Assembly: GCF_018977255.1 (NCBI RefSeq)
Contig: NW_024704751.1
Span: 16,306,001 to 16,370,000 of the forward strand
Length of the DNA: 64,000 nt
Reading direction: 5' to 3'
Source: Callorhinchus milii
Lineage: Eukaryota
The notes below the pieces were generated by a model. That model saw only the letters and a list, made by a program, of their open reading frames with translations. It ran no database searches and had not been told where the DNA came from. Shown here piece after piece: positions 1-12,500 of the stretch. A program made the position numbers and the translations under genes. Position 1 is the stretch's first letter; every line of letters starts with the position of its first letter.

Positions 1-1799
1 CTCATGCTGTCACTGCGCAATGGCTCTCAGCCTTGTTGTCTCAGTGTGAACGTTTGGCTCAATATCTGTATACTCGGCCACCCCAGGAGGGACCTGTGGC
101 TGAGCCCCACACACCTGAGGTCCCATCGTCCCATCAGACAGTAAACATTCGTTATGCAGTTGGTTACCCTCTTAACCCTGATCCAAAGAGGCACAAAATT
201 TCATCCAGATTTTGCCTGTGACACTATTTTGTCTTATAATTTAAGAATGTGTAGAAACATGCAATCAGTGACACAGACACAAATCCTGTTTCCCACCTTC
301 CCCAGTGCCACATACCAGCTCAGCGCTCACACACACTGCACCGCTCTGCCATCCCCCACTCATGGCTTTACTCCCGTTCTTTAATCACAGAGTTGCTTCA
401 TCTCACTCCTCTGTGAACGCTCGGACAAGCACCATGATATTCACAGGAAACAAGATATTGTGTGACATTTTGCAATAAACATCTCCTCATTGTACTTCAC
501 ACATGAGTAGGTGTCAGCTCGGCTCAGTCAGTAACGCTCTAATTCTCAGCTCTGGACCAGAAGGCGGGTCCAAAGACATCTTAACATCTGGTCTCAGTCA
601 CCTGAGACTGAGGTCTCAGACCTTTAGTTTCCCAACAATCATCGATGACCGCCCGGGACACCCCAGCTACCAGGCTGTACCCCCACCTCAGTGCTGATGA
701 GTCAAATAAACATAGCCCTGGATGCGCTGCGGTAAGCATCTAATCAGAACCAGAGGGTACACGCTGCTCACCCATTGCGTCTTTCAATTTGTTATATTTG
801 TGGATGTAACAGGTTGAATTGAACATTTTCCCCAAAGATTACACTGACCTTATTTTATTTATAGTGTGCACTGATTGTCTGGATTAATGAGTTTTGAAAT
901 GCATTGCAGATTGTGCCATTTCCAGGTACCTACTAAAGTCGCTCATTAACTGTAAGGTAGGCTGCTGCCTCTGAGATTTGACTGTGACTGGAAAGAAAGA
1001 TCAGGAAAGACAGGCTGCTGGATGCTGTGTTAATGTTCAGTGGATGGTCCCGTTGGCTAGTGCTGGAGCTGGGATAGGGTGAGAGGCCAATGCTCTCCAT
1101 CCAAGGACCAATTTCCCTAATTAGAATACTGAGGCCCGAAATTCTTTGCCTCAAAACCATGGTCTTAGAGGTTAAATTGTACAGAATTCTGGAAAATTCT
1201 TACATTCAGCCTTAATTCTGTGTTTTTAAATTGACCTTATATTTTGTTTGACCCACAAAATATGGTGTCAATTCACGTCACAGTATATTCTCAGCGCTTT
1301 GGGACGTCCTCTCAACATGAAAGGCGCTCTATACATGTAATTTTGTTGTTGTTGTTCTCAGAAGCACTTTGAGAAATCTTGAAGACGTGATAAGGTGCTA
1401 TATCAAATGCAAGGATTATTAGTAGTAGTAAATTGAAGCTTGCTCCTCCATGACATCGAATAAAAAAAAATCAATTCTTTATTTGTCTCAACTTTTTCTC
1501 ATCTGTTTTGTGATGTTTTCTCCTGACGTTTGGAGAGGGGTTTCTGTCCGAGAGGAGGAGAGGGAGTTAAACTGGAAATACCTTCATTCTGTGTGTATAG
1601 GCACGTATGGCTTCATTTTTGAGAATTTCAAGTCCTGACTGCGGAAGGCTAACGAGGAAGTACCTGTTTAACATGGCTGTCAGGGCAGAGAGCGGTGTGA
1701 TGCCAGTTCTCACTGCTAATGAACCTCAACCTCATTTATAGGACAGTTATCTGATGAGGAGTAAATACTGAGCCACCATCTGGTCCACATCAAGGGAAT

Positions 1800-2025
1800 A
1801 CAGTCTAAATTAGAGCGAGATGGTTAGAATTGAGATCAGAAATCATCCCTTCACACGGAGGGTTGTGAGAACGTGCAACCCTTCACCCCGGAAGGTTAAA
1901 TTAATCAGAAATAGATACTTACTTCTCTTGGTCCAGTGAGCAAAGAGCATAAGAGGAATTGCCGTGATCTAATAAATTGCGGAGCAGGCTGGGTGGGCTG
2001 AACGTTTTCCTCCTGCTCCTATAAT
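1800..2025 (+). mobile_element. Decayed CR1-type LINE 3' end
   Basis: CCTTCACACGGAGGGTTGTGAGAACGTGCAAC and GGAGCAGGCT...CTCCTGCTCCTAT resemble CR1 ORF2 and 3' UTR ends (from recall). Confidence 0.45.
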
Positions 2026-5000
2026 TCTAACCAGCAAACACTGGGGACTGGCCCAGCATCCAGCACAGCACCTGGCCTGTGCCAAGGGACAGGAAACCAA
2101 CCACTGAGCTGAACTGCCTAGTGAGTTGTCTTGAGTAAGAAACACACAGCTGATTCTTTCTGCTCAACTCCAATACCCTCTCCTCGTCTGAGCCACAATT
2201 CTTCCTGGCTTTGCTGTGAACAGACTGCTACTGATAGGTTGCTTTGCGGTCTTATTATCTTTAACTTATTTATTGGGTGAAATAACAGCCTAGTGAGACA
2301 AGCTTGTAGCTGGAGGAACTGAGACGGACCCCATGCCAAGGATAACGCAGGGCTGATCCCTCGCTCACAGAACACAAGCAGTACTCCTTCTGCTCCAGTT
2401 ATCACTGTCAAAAGCTGCCACTGCAGTCAGTCCCTAATGCAATGATGTGATTGACTGAGCACTGAGTGGTAGCTTGGAGGACAATTAGGGAGCAATGAGT
2501 GATTTGCTGTATTTTGTGTTAATATTTGTTGCTCTGACTGCGCCCGGGTCTGATGTGAAACAACTGAACTGATAATCCAGAGGAAACTGGCCACACAATG
2601 TCACCCACAAATAAAAGGTACCTTAAAAGCTACAAATAAACTGTCTTCATCAGAGATCAAATGTTCGCCATCAAAAAGCATTTTGCAAAACATCATTCTA
2701 AGCAATGTTAGATTTTAAGGAATTTTTGTTACAGACTAAGAATAGGTTGAATTTGGAGTGTCTGGGAATCTATTTGTGGCTTCTGGGATTCAGAGCCAGT
2801 TACGCATGGATTGGGCTCCACATTGATGGCCTCAGTGTCCTTGGTGGGGAAGCAGTGGTGTTTATAGAACTGCAGCTGGAAGATTGAGTAATGTCAGCCT
2901 TGGCTGCTATGCCCTCAATGATTGCACACTCACTGGAATACACTGTCCAGTCTCTCACATGCAGAATGACCACTTGGGTTCCAGGTCATAGCACATTACA
3001 CAAGCGCTTTAGTCACCTTCACCACACTCGGCGTTGCCGCCTTTACATAAGAGGCTTCGTGGTTGTCCTTAGCGGGAATTAAACTCCACACTAATCTCCA
3101 GATCCCAAATAAATCATTGATTTACGTCAGTCCAGGGGCTACCAGAGCACTTTGATTAACAGAAACACATTGACAATTCCTGTGCTCGGATGGCTCCCTG
3201 GTCTTTGCTAAGCAAAGATGGCATCAATGCCAATCATAGTGCCCACGGTACTTGGACTGCTCACCGTTACTGATGTCACACGGTTACTTGGGTTTGGGGT
3301 GGGAGGGATTATGTCCATCACTGACCTGGTCCTGCTCCCCATATAATCCCCGCCATTACCCCCAGCATTGCTCAGGGTTTCATTAACCCTGGATTGATCA
3401 CTCGGCCAGTGGCCAAGACCACCCACTGCACAAGAAGTTTGTGGATCATTTTTCTCAACATGTTAAGCAGGCTCAACATGCTAGGCATTCTCTGCTCCCG
3501 TTATACTTCTGGTAATCCACTCCCTGAGGCCAGACAACAGCTGAAGCTTATACTCTAACCTCCCAGAACCTTATAATAGTGTTTCTCGGCTAAACAGCAC
3601 CAAATACCCTTCATCCCTGAAGTCAAAATTCTACACGTTACCACAGAAACTCACAGCATCCATCAGCACTCGATCTGGAACACTTGGGAAAAGCACAATA
3701 CATTTCATCAACATTTTATACTCAATAAATGCAGATTTTTTTTTACAGCAAACGTATATTGTAAAAACAAGATAATTTAAAATAAAATACCGAAGCTCAT
3801 TACAATGTTCCCATTGACATCTAATGTAATCTGACATTCACTAAGACTATAATTTGATCTAATCCCACTCCCCCGCTCGCTCTTCACAACTTTAAAATTT
3901 CTCGTCCATTTGAAATCCGTTTGAAGCAGGGAATTCCACATCCCACCCTCTGTGTAAAGACAATTTTTCTAACCTCTCCTTTAATTCTGTGTGTGATTAT
4001 CTCAAATGCTTCACTCTAAACCCAGTTTCCTTGCACACAACACAGAATGGAAGGGTCATGGACCCGAAACCTTGACTCCCTTTCCTTTCTCCATAGATAC
4101 TGCCTAACCTGCTGAGTGGTTTTGTTACAGAATGGAAGTTGAGGGCTGAAGTTACAACGGTTCTCAAATGGTAATAATGGTAATTATAATCCTTGCATTT
4201 GATAGTGTGGATGGGGCGGATGGAATGAGATCGAAAAATATTCTCTAATTTAAAGTTTCTTCTTTTCGGAGATGCCGCAGATAAAACTTTTACATTTTGT
4301 GTCGCTGAGATGGAATAAATCAGAAACAATTCAATGCAAATTCTGCTGATGAAGCGAATCTCCGGACTTGTCGAGATGTCATCTCCGTCTCCGGAGGAGA
4401 AGGTGAAGACAAAGAGGATCCAACATGAAGCTCAGTGCCCGAGAGTTGGCAACAGGTGGCTCGACTGGGCGGAAACTTTTGCAGGAGAAAACATCTGTTT
4501 GAGGATCCGTGATGGCTCCGGGAGTTGATTCCGTTAGTAACTGAGCCACACAGATCCGGATCCTCCGCAGTTTAATGAAAACGGTTCCCATTTCGCTGCT
4601 TTCCAGCCAACACTCACTGTGTGTGTGGTACTGGAGACTGATAAGAGTCCACCACCACCACACACTGCGTGTTTACCGACACCACTGCGCATTCGTTCGA
4701 ATGCAAATCGGATCGTTTTCTTGCAGAAAATACTATGTGGGGGAAGAAAGTGTACAAGTAATTGGAGACATGACAATATGGCGAGTGTGGTTGGGAGAAA
4801 CGGGCAATGATAATAATAATAATAATAATAATTTCAGGGCAACGTTGGAACCTGTGATTGCCAAAGCTTTCCATCACTGGCGGCGTTGTCTCGTCTCCGC
4901 TGTAGACTAATCAATAGAGACTGAACTTTTGAGGGGGAAATGATGGGGAGTTGGTTTACCACAACAACTCGGGATGTCCTCCTGACGCGAGAAAGGCGCT

Positions 5001-5088
5001 AACACCCGTGCGATTGTCCCGCGCCTTTCCCGCGTCAGGAGGACATCCCGGGTCTCAAGAGTAAATCACCTTTAAAAGAAAAACGTAC

Positions 5089-6080
5089 CTGTCGTACTCC
5101 CGGTTGTCTCTCCCACACCGGGAGTCGGTGTGCTTCTCCCAGTCTTTCCCGTGTCTGCAGGTAGTGAGGGAGATGATGTCTTTGCCGTTGTGGAGGTGGT
5201 GGAGAGCGTTCCTGGTGTCGGAGCCGATGCCAGTCAGGTACCTCTTACCTTTGAAGGCCAGCAGGTACCTTCTCCTGGGAGGGACCGTGTTGGACAGCAG
5301 CCCACCCCGGGGGGGACCACCTCTCTGGGGATGTTCTCTGGAGAACAAGGGGATGGAGACATCAAAGCGCGGTCTGTAGCTCTCCGAGCAGAAGCTGGCC
5401 TTGGCCACCAGGGCTTGGCCCGGGTCAAAGCCCAGGTCCTCGGTGTAGTGGGGCCAAGTCCCGGAGTACAGGTTGAACAGGAGATGGTTCCTGCCCCGGT
5501 TCCACAGGGGAGACGCCAGGACTTTGCGGTCCACGTTGGGGACGAACTGCGGGGAGAGTTGGTCCCGGTCTAACGTGTCGATGTTGAGGACGAACAGACA
5601 GGCGCCCCCGGGGTCGGCGGTGTGGTACCGAGACGCCCGGAGGGAGGCGAGGATCTTGCGGTAGGTGTCCGACGTGCGCTCGCTCTGGGGCGGGTACACG
5701 TACACCCCGAAGCCCCGCTGCTCGCACCGCGACAGGTCGAAGCAGGTGTCCATACGGCAGGCGTGGCTCCCCGGGAGCCTGACCCGGTCCGCCCGCTCCC
5801 GGTGCCTCTCCCCGGGGCTGCCCCCCCCCTCCTCCTCCACCTCCACCACCTCCACCTCCTTCCCTCCATCCTCCACCTCCTCCTTCCCTCCATCCTCCAC
5901 CTCCTCCGCCGAGAAACCCGTCAGCGCCTCCGCCTCGTCCCACACCGGCCAGCGGCCCCCCCGCGGCTCCCCCGGCCCGCGGGCCAGCAGCGGGAGGCGG
6001 CCGAGGTGCGCGGCGGCCAGGTACAGGAGCAGGAGGCAGAGGCAGGAGGCGGGCAGCGGGGAGCGCCTCCTGGGCGGCAT
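5089..6080 (-). CDS. EXTL1: Exostosin family glycosyltransferase, coding exon 1 (EXTL1/ext1c by synteny); rest of the gene runs off the left of the window
   Basis: ATG at 6080, followed by a signal-anchor. EXT1-type motifs [35 protein letters not shown] and [18 protein letters not shown] are present. The exon ends at EYDR with donor AG|GTACGT at 5089/5088 (phase 2), the same boundary as EXT1 exon 1. It is divergent from PAFAH2, as EXTL1 is in human. Confidence 0.85.
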
Positions 6081-6480
6081 GGGGAGGCCGGGCAGCCGGG
6101 CAGGTCCGCAGCCCCGGGCCCGGGCTCGGGCGCTGTCCGTTGGCGGCGGACGGGACGGCGGCGGTGACGGTGACGGTGCGAGCGCAGCGCGGCATCGGGC
6201 AGCACGGACGGGCGGGAGAGGGGCCCCCGGGGCTCAGGTGGGGTTCTGAGTCGCCACCGCTCCGCCTCCGCACCGCACTCGCTCCGCCCCGCGTCCTCCC
6301 GCCCCCCCCTCCCCCCCACCGCGAGCATCACCCGGTGACCGACCCCACCGGGAGGCTGTGCCGCTCTTCGCCGCCGCGAGGCTTTGGGTCGGGAATTCTG
6401 CGCCGTGGAATGGGACGGGAAGCGATGGGGCGCCATCGGGATTCCGCAGCGCGAAGGGGGATTCCGCTCCCGGTTTTTGC
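5250..6480. promoter_or_regulatory. CpG island over EXTL1 exon 1 and promoter
   Basis: Very high GC and CpG density, with GC boxes such as CCGCCCC near 6285. Confidence 0.7.
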
Positions 6481-8539
6481 AACAACAACAACAACAACAA
6501 GATTCCATTTATAAAGTGCCTTTCACGTCAGGAGGACGTCCCAAGGCGCTGGGGAGAAAGGGTGGGAGTTCGGGAAGGGATCGAACCGCCCCCCAGTTGG
6601 GTTCGTGTCCAAAATGGGAGTGAACGAGACGTCCCCCCACACCGGAATTCTGTGCAATGGGAGTGAATGGGAAGCGAACAGTCTGTTGGAATTTCGCACC
6701 TGGATTGGAGCAGGTGCCCCACCTCGGAGTCCAGGTGAGTGGGGGCTGCTCCCACCTCCCTCCTGTTCAACCACTGACTCCATCCCCTCCCCCTTATTAT
6801 CAGCTCAACATCACATGAAACTGGACACACACACACACACAGTGCAATTCCAGCCTTGGTGCCCGGGTCTATTCCCCATGAGGAATAAGCCTTGGGATGG
6901 ATGAGGAAGCTTCTGCCAATTTCCTTTCGCTCGCAAAACCCACAGCCAAAACCCACTTTACAGTACATCCGGCGAAACGCTTTGAGACGTCTCAACAACG
7001 TGATAAGACGCTGTATCGAAGGCAGGGATTACTATTAATAATTGGCCTCGTCAACAACAACTTGCATTTAATATGGCGCCTCTCACGCCGGGTAGTGTCG
7101 CAGAGCCCTTATCCACTATCCCCCTCGGTGCTTCATTGTACCTCACAGTTCAACATCAGAACTCCCTCCACCAGGTGAGAAAGTCTTTCCTACTGCTGCC
7201 TCCTGGGGAGTGATATATCCATCCTATCCTACACAGCTTTCAATTAAAAGAGATTAATTTGTAGTGAAACGCAAACACCCAGGACTGCGGAGCACCCAGC
7301 AGTCAGTCAAATCAGATGTCGATGCCTGGTTTATCGCTGCATGTTTCTGTATGATGGATCTTTCTGGTGATACTTTTCCTGCTCAGAGTGGGGAAAAAAA
7401 AATTTGTGTTTCCCATTTTCTCCCAGACTAGCTCAACCTGGAGAGGGGTTCAGCAGGTGCCAGGCACCGTCCTGCACCTCACTCAACCAGAATATCTGTT
7501 CTTGATGACAACAACAACAATTTGCCTTAATATATCGCCCCTCATGCAGGGTAGGGTCCCAGTGCGCTCGATTTGTGTGTTGGTGTGGGCGGCTATTTAA
7601 CCCTGGGTGCAATACAGCCCAACCGGTCTTCACCCACACTTCCAGAATGGGGCACTACCCAGTAATCAGACGCTGAACTGATTATCACCCTTTCTAAACC
7701 AGGAGACACTGACTGCTCCCCATCTGAGATCAGCTGTGACTCAACACAGACCTGTGATCTTGTGCCCTGTATGTATGTATGGCTCAACCTCCCACCAGGC
7801 AGTGACTTCACACCAATGAATCATTAGGGGAGGTCGTGTGTTTGAAAGGATAGGCTTATGAAATTCTGTGTCAGCTTTTAGGCAATATCTGAAGTTAAAG
7901 CGTTTCAGACCACAGACCCCCACCAGGTCAGCCATGCTAAACAGAAGTAAAACTGATATCGAAAGGGTTCAGTGGAAGCACACATCTTGAATGGGGGGTG
8001 TAAATGGCAAAGAAGAGAGTTGTTAAGATCAGTAATTCTGTGTATTTCATCCTCCCAGGCAAGTGAGTGATGTTGAATTGTGCCACCCCGACCCCCCCAT
8101 GCGGTATATTCTAAATGGAGAAAATCCGCAAAAGTTTTGCCCACAAAATGTACAGTCATCCCTTGCAGTATATTCTTCGAAGTGCTTTGAAAAGACCTTT
8201 CTCTTCGACCGCGCCTTTGGTCACCTTCCTCCCCCCCTCCCCCTGGCTCGGGCCCGGGACCCGTTACCGCAAAGCGCTCCGAGAAGCCGTCCGACGTGAA
8301 AGGGCGCTATCATACATCCAAGTTGTTGTTGTTGTCGCCTCGGAGATGTGATAAGGCGCTAAATCAAATGCAAGGGTTGTTAACAAGTTTAGCGACTCCA
8401 TGTTAAATAATAATTGGTTATATTTCTTCATTGGGAGGGGGGGTCTGACCTTTCATCCATTTCACCCCCTCTCCTCCTGGTGTGTTCCCCACCCCCCAAA
8501 GTGTGATCTGTATCTGCAGCAGTCGAATTGCAGAAGGAA

Positions 8540-8808
8540 ATAAAGCGCGGGCGGGCGGGTGCTGTGCGCCCGGGCTGCCGCTGGGTGCCGCTGTCGCTGG
8601 CGTCGGCTCAGCCCGCGCCGCGGCGCCCGCTGGGAAATGTAGTTCTCGGCGGCCCGAGAGCGGCGGCGGAGCGCAGCCGCGAGAACTGCATGACCCAGAG
8701 CCCACCGCGCGGGGAGCTCAGCCCCCCCCCACACCCACACACACCCCCACACCCCCGGGGCAGGACAGGGACAGGGAGACCGACTGCCAGGTCCCGGAGC
8801 CGCGGCAG
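8540..8808 (+). promoter_or_regulatory. PAFAH2 CpG-island promoter and probable non-coding exon 1
   Basis: ZNF143/SBS motif GCTGGGAAATGTAGTTC at 8629-8645. A second SBS-like site AACTGCATGACCCAGA lies near 8684-8699 in the opposite orientation. Donor CAG|GTAGGC follows 8808. Confidence 0.6.
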
Positions 8809-9034
8809 GTAGGCAGGCAGCCGGGGGGGGGGGGTAGGCAGGCAGCCGGGGGGGGGGGGTAGGCAGGCAGCCGGGGGGGGGTGTGTGGGGGGCCGCACTG
8901 GCCCCGTGTTGGGCCGCGTAGTTCCTTAGGGTGAAGCCAGTGATGGGGAGAGTGTCCCAGTGCGGGGACTCGGTGCCACAGCAGTGACTTAGATACAGTG
9001 TAATAAATTTATAGCGTCCCACTGCGCTTGTCAG

Positions 9035-9410
9035 GTGTGTGTGGGTGGGTGGGGTGTGGGGGGTATGTGGGGTGGGGGGTGGGGGGTATGTGGGGTGTGT
9101 GTGGGTGGTGGGTATGTGGGGTGTGTGTGGGTGGGGTGGGGGTGTGGGTGTATGTGGGCTGTGGGTGGGTGGGGTGTGGGGGGTATGTGGGGTATGTGGG
9201 GTGGGGGTGTGTGGGTGTATGTGGGCTGTGGGTGGGTGGGATGTGGGGTGGGGGGTGTGGGTAGGTGTGTGGGTGGGGTGTGTGTGTGGGGGTGGGGTAT
9301 GTGGGGGGGTTGTGGGTGGGGTGTGGGTAGGTGTGTGGGTGGGGTGGGGGGGTGTGGGTAGGGGGTGTGTGTGGTGGTGGGGTCTGTGGGGGGGTTGTGG
9401 GTGGGGTGGG
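9035..9410. repeat. GT/G-rich low-complexity tandem repeat in PAFAH2 intron 1
   Basis: Degenerate GGGTGT/GGGGTATGT units. Confidence 0.85.
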
Positions 9411-9543
9411 AGGGGAGCAGCGAGGCCATGTTGAGCTGATGGAGCCAGTTGGTCCGGTGCTGCCGCTTTTCTCTCTGGAAAACCAGGGTTTTCCTGTTTT
9501 TTTTTCCCAGGGAACGGAGGCCGAAGTCCTACAGCGCCGGAGC

Positions 9544-12500
9544 ATGGGGAACGGCCAGTTCATACAGCTCCCTGTCCCCAAAGGACCGCATTCCGTGGGC
9601 TGCACCGACATCATGGCCGGTCACACCAAGGAGGTGAGTGCATGATCGTTACAGGACTTGAGAGACAAATGAAAGCTTTTGTTCAGCACTTACATGGCTC
9701 CCTCCACGCAGGGTAGCGTCTCAGAGCGCTTATAACTTCTGAACATCTCCAGGGTGGTCCCAACTGGTGGCCCATGGGCCGCATCCGGCCCCGGGGTATT
9801 TACCTCCGGCCCCTGAACACAGGATGCAGAGAGACAGATACAGAGGCAGAGCGAGAGATGCACAAGAGACACACACAGACATAGAGAGAGAAGACACCAA
9901 GACAGATAGCTCATCACTGGCTGTATTATTGTCTTAACATTGATAATAATAATATAATAATAATAATCCTTGCATTTGATATAGCGCTTTTCACGTCGGG
10001 AGGACGTCCCAAAGCGCTTCACAGAACACACTGTGAAGTGAATTGACTGTATATTTGTGGGCGAACGCGGCAGCCAATTGCGCACAGCAATGTCCCACAA
10101 ACAGTCGTAGATTGAAAATGACCAATTTATTATTGTTTTTGGTTTTGGAGGGATTATTATTAGGCTCTGTGTGGAGTAAGGAAACTTGCCCAAGGTTTCG
10201 CCCTCTGCCTGGAATTGAACTCAGGTCTCTCACTTGCAAAGCGAGTGCTCTAACCACTGAGCTACAGGACTCCGTGATATGAATGTTTACATTGCATTGT
10301 AACTAAAATAATGGAAAATTAAGTAACACAATTTAAAACATAGGATTTCTATATGATTCTTCTGGGTTATGTTTCTGGAAGGGGAAAACAAATTTTTTGG
10401 TTATGCATTTCTCAAATTCGGCATCTGGCCCACAGTAGCCAAAAGGTTAGAACAACCTGATTCCTGCTTGAATTTGCCTCCTGAATCTGCCTCCATTGCC
10501 TCCCTTCCAGACACTCATGGCTCTCTTTGTAAAGTCATTCAGTCTGAGCTTCCTGCTCACCATTCTTCTTCTGTGGAAAATGCTGTCCTCTTGAAGTGAA
10601 AGTCACAATAGAGTTTATAAATATGAATTGTTGTTGTTCTGAGCTCAAGTCTATTTTCCCGTTTGCATACTTCATGACTTTGTTATAGAAGTCATTAGGT
10701 TTCAGTTTAGAATCTTGAAACACTTACTAATCAGATCTTTTGTGGCTTCCCCTCTGTGGTAGCTCGTGTTGCAAAACAGCAACTTGCATTTATATCGCCC
10801 ACAAAATACAGTCAATTCACAGTATATTCTATGACGCGCTCGTCACAGGTTAAGGCGCTATATCAAACGCAACGATTATTATAATATAGTGCCCTTCAGT
10901 GGGGTAGCGTCCCGAGAGTTTAAGGCCTCTCTTTAAGAAGTTTAAGGTCACTTAACGGTTTCACATGTCTGAGTATCATGTTTAAAGGCAATATACTGTG
11001 TTGTAAGAGGGAGGAAGCTGTTGGTGGATGATTGTGTATAACAACTTGATGCACCCAAAAGGAAGTATCAAGTTATTCAAACATTCTTTTGAGTTTGGCC
11101 AACCCCTTGGGCACTGTTAACATGCTGAACAAATGGAGAGGTAGAGCCGCGCTCTGCTGATGATATGTACCTTAGGCTCAGTCACACGTTGCAAAGGCTG
11201 AGTGAGCATACCGCAGGCCTGACAACCCATATTGTGCAAATGGTGATTAGGAAAGCAGAAGTGTGAATGTGGTTTTTGTAATCCCCGTTTCCACAGAAAC
11301 AAAACACTGAAGTAACGTGCCAGTTAACCCTTTGGTGACTTGTGCTGTGAGGTTCTGACTCTTTCAAGGCCACTATCAGAACCAAATTGGATAAGTCTGT
11401 AAAGAGAATCAAAAGCGCAAAGGTTTTGGGGAAAGAGCAGGGGAATGGGATTAGAGTGGAGAGCACCAGTGGGGAGGTGTGAGCATTAGAATTGGCCAAA
11501 TGACCCCCGTGCCACCTCCTGTTCTGTAAATTCAAGGGCTCTGAAAATTGTGCAAGTGTTTTCCTCACTTAGGGAAGTTTTTTCCGGTTGTACTATCCCT
11601 GTGACCCTGAAGAGGGGGAGAAGCCGCCGTGGATTCCCAGATACGAATACTACCAGGGCTTGGCCGAGTACCTGAAGCGCAGCAGGCGGTGGTTTGCCTC
11701 CCTCCTGAACATGGCTTTTGGTGAGACCCCCGCACTCTCTGCTCTGTGGTGTGGCAAGTGGCATTGGTTATAGGGCGCAGCTCCATTAGCGAGGTGTTCC
11801 AGGGATGCGTTTAGGGTTGCAGCCGGGTGTCTGATGCACAGAAACCCATCACCATGCTGAGATTATCCAAACCAAACTGAGAATTCCGTGCACATGGAAG
11901 GTCCGGAGATAGATTGTTGAAAGGAATGCGCTCTCTCTCCCTGGAGGGATGCATCCTGCTTACCTAATTCCGGACAGTATTAGGCTCAGGTTGGCAAGAA
12001 CCAAGACTTGGGGTAACTGCTGGAGTCTAACCAGCTAAGGCCTGACTTGAAATGATTCCAGGAGCAAATCACCTCCTCACTCCCTGATTGGAAACAACGA
12101 CTCCACCATGTCAGTGTCCGGGGTGGCGGCTGCAGGTACCCTTACCTCTCGCTAATGCGAGTGGCCAACAAGCATGCAAGGGGATTACCTGGTGGGTGTG
12201 CAAGACAAGCTGTAGAACAAGCTGTAGTGAACGGATCTGTTCTCTATGAGCCGAGGTGCAAGGTTTCATGTCTTTTTATGTTTTCGCTGCAGGTGACTGC
12301 AAGGTGCCGGCGACATGGAACGCTCGCTTCAAAGCAAATGAGACATATCCAGTGATTGTGTTTTCTCACGGATTGGGAGCTTTCAGGTGAGACACAAAAT
12401 ATTGAAGTTACCAGGAGAGGTGCAGACGTGCTCAGCACTGACCATCCTTCTGCAGAATGGGAAACAAGTGACGAATCTGTCTGATTTTCTCTCTTCCTTC

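Noticed and set aside
4200-4800. CpG-containing segment resembling an old DNA transposon
   Set aside because: I could not find matching terminal inverted repeats, a TSD or transposase motifs.
5104-6666. Many overlapping long ORFs on both strands around EXTL1 exon 1
   Set aside because: These arise from stop-poor GC-rich sequence. Only the EXT frame has protein motifs.
9009-9434. Pro/His/Thr-rich and Gly/Val/Trp-rich ORFs
   Set aside because: They are translations of a GT-rich simple repeat. The same applies at 15865-16277, 19105-19758 and 47127-47845.
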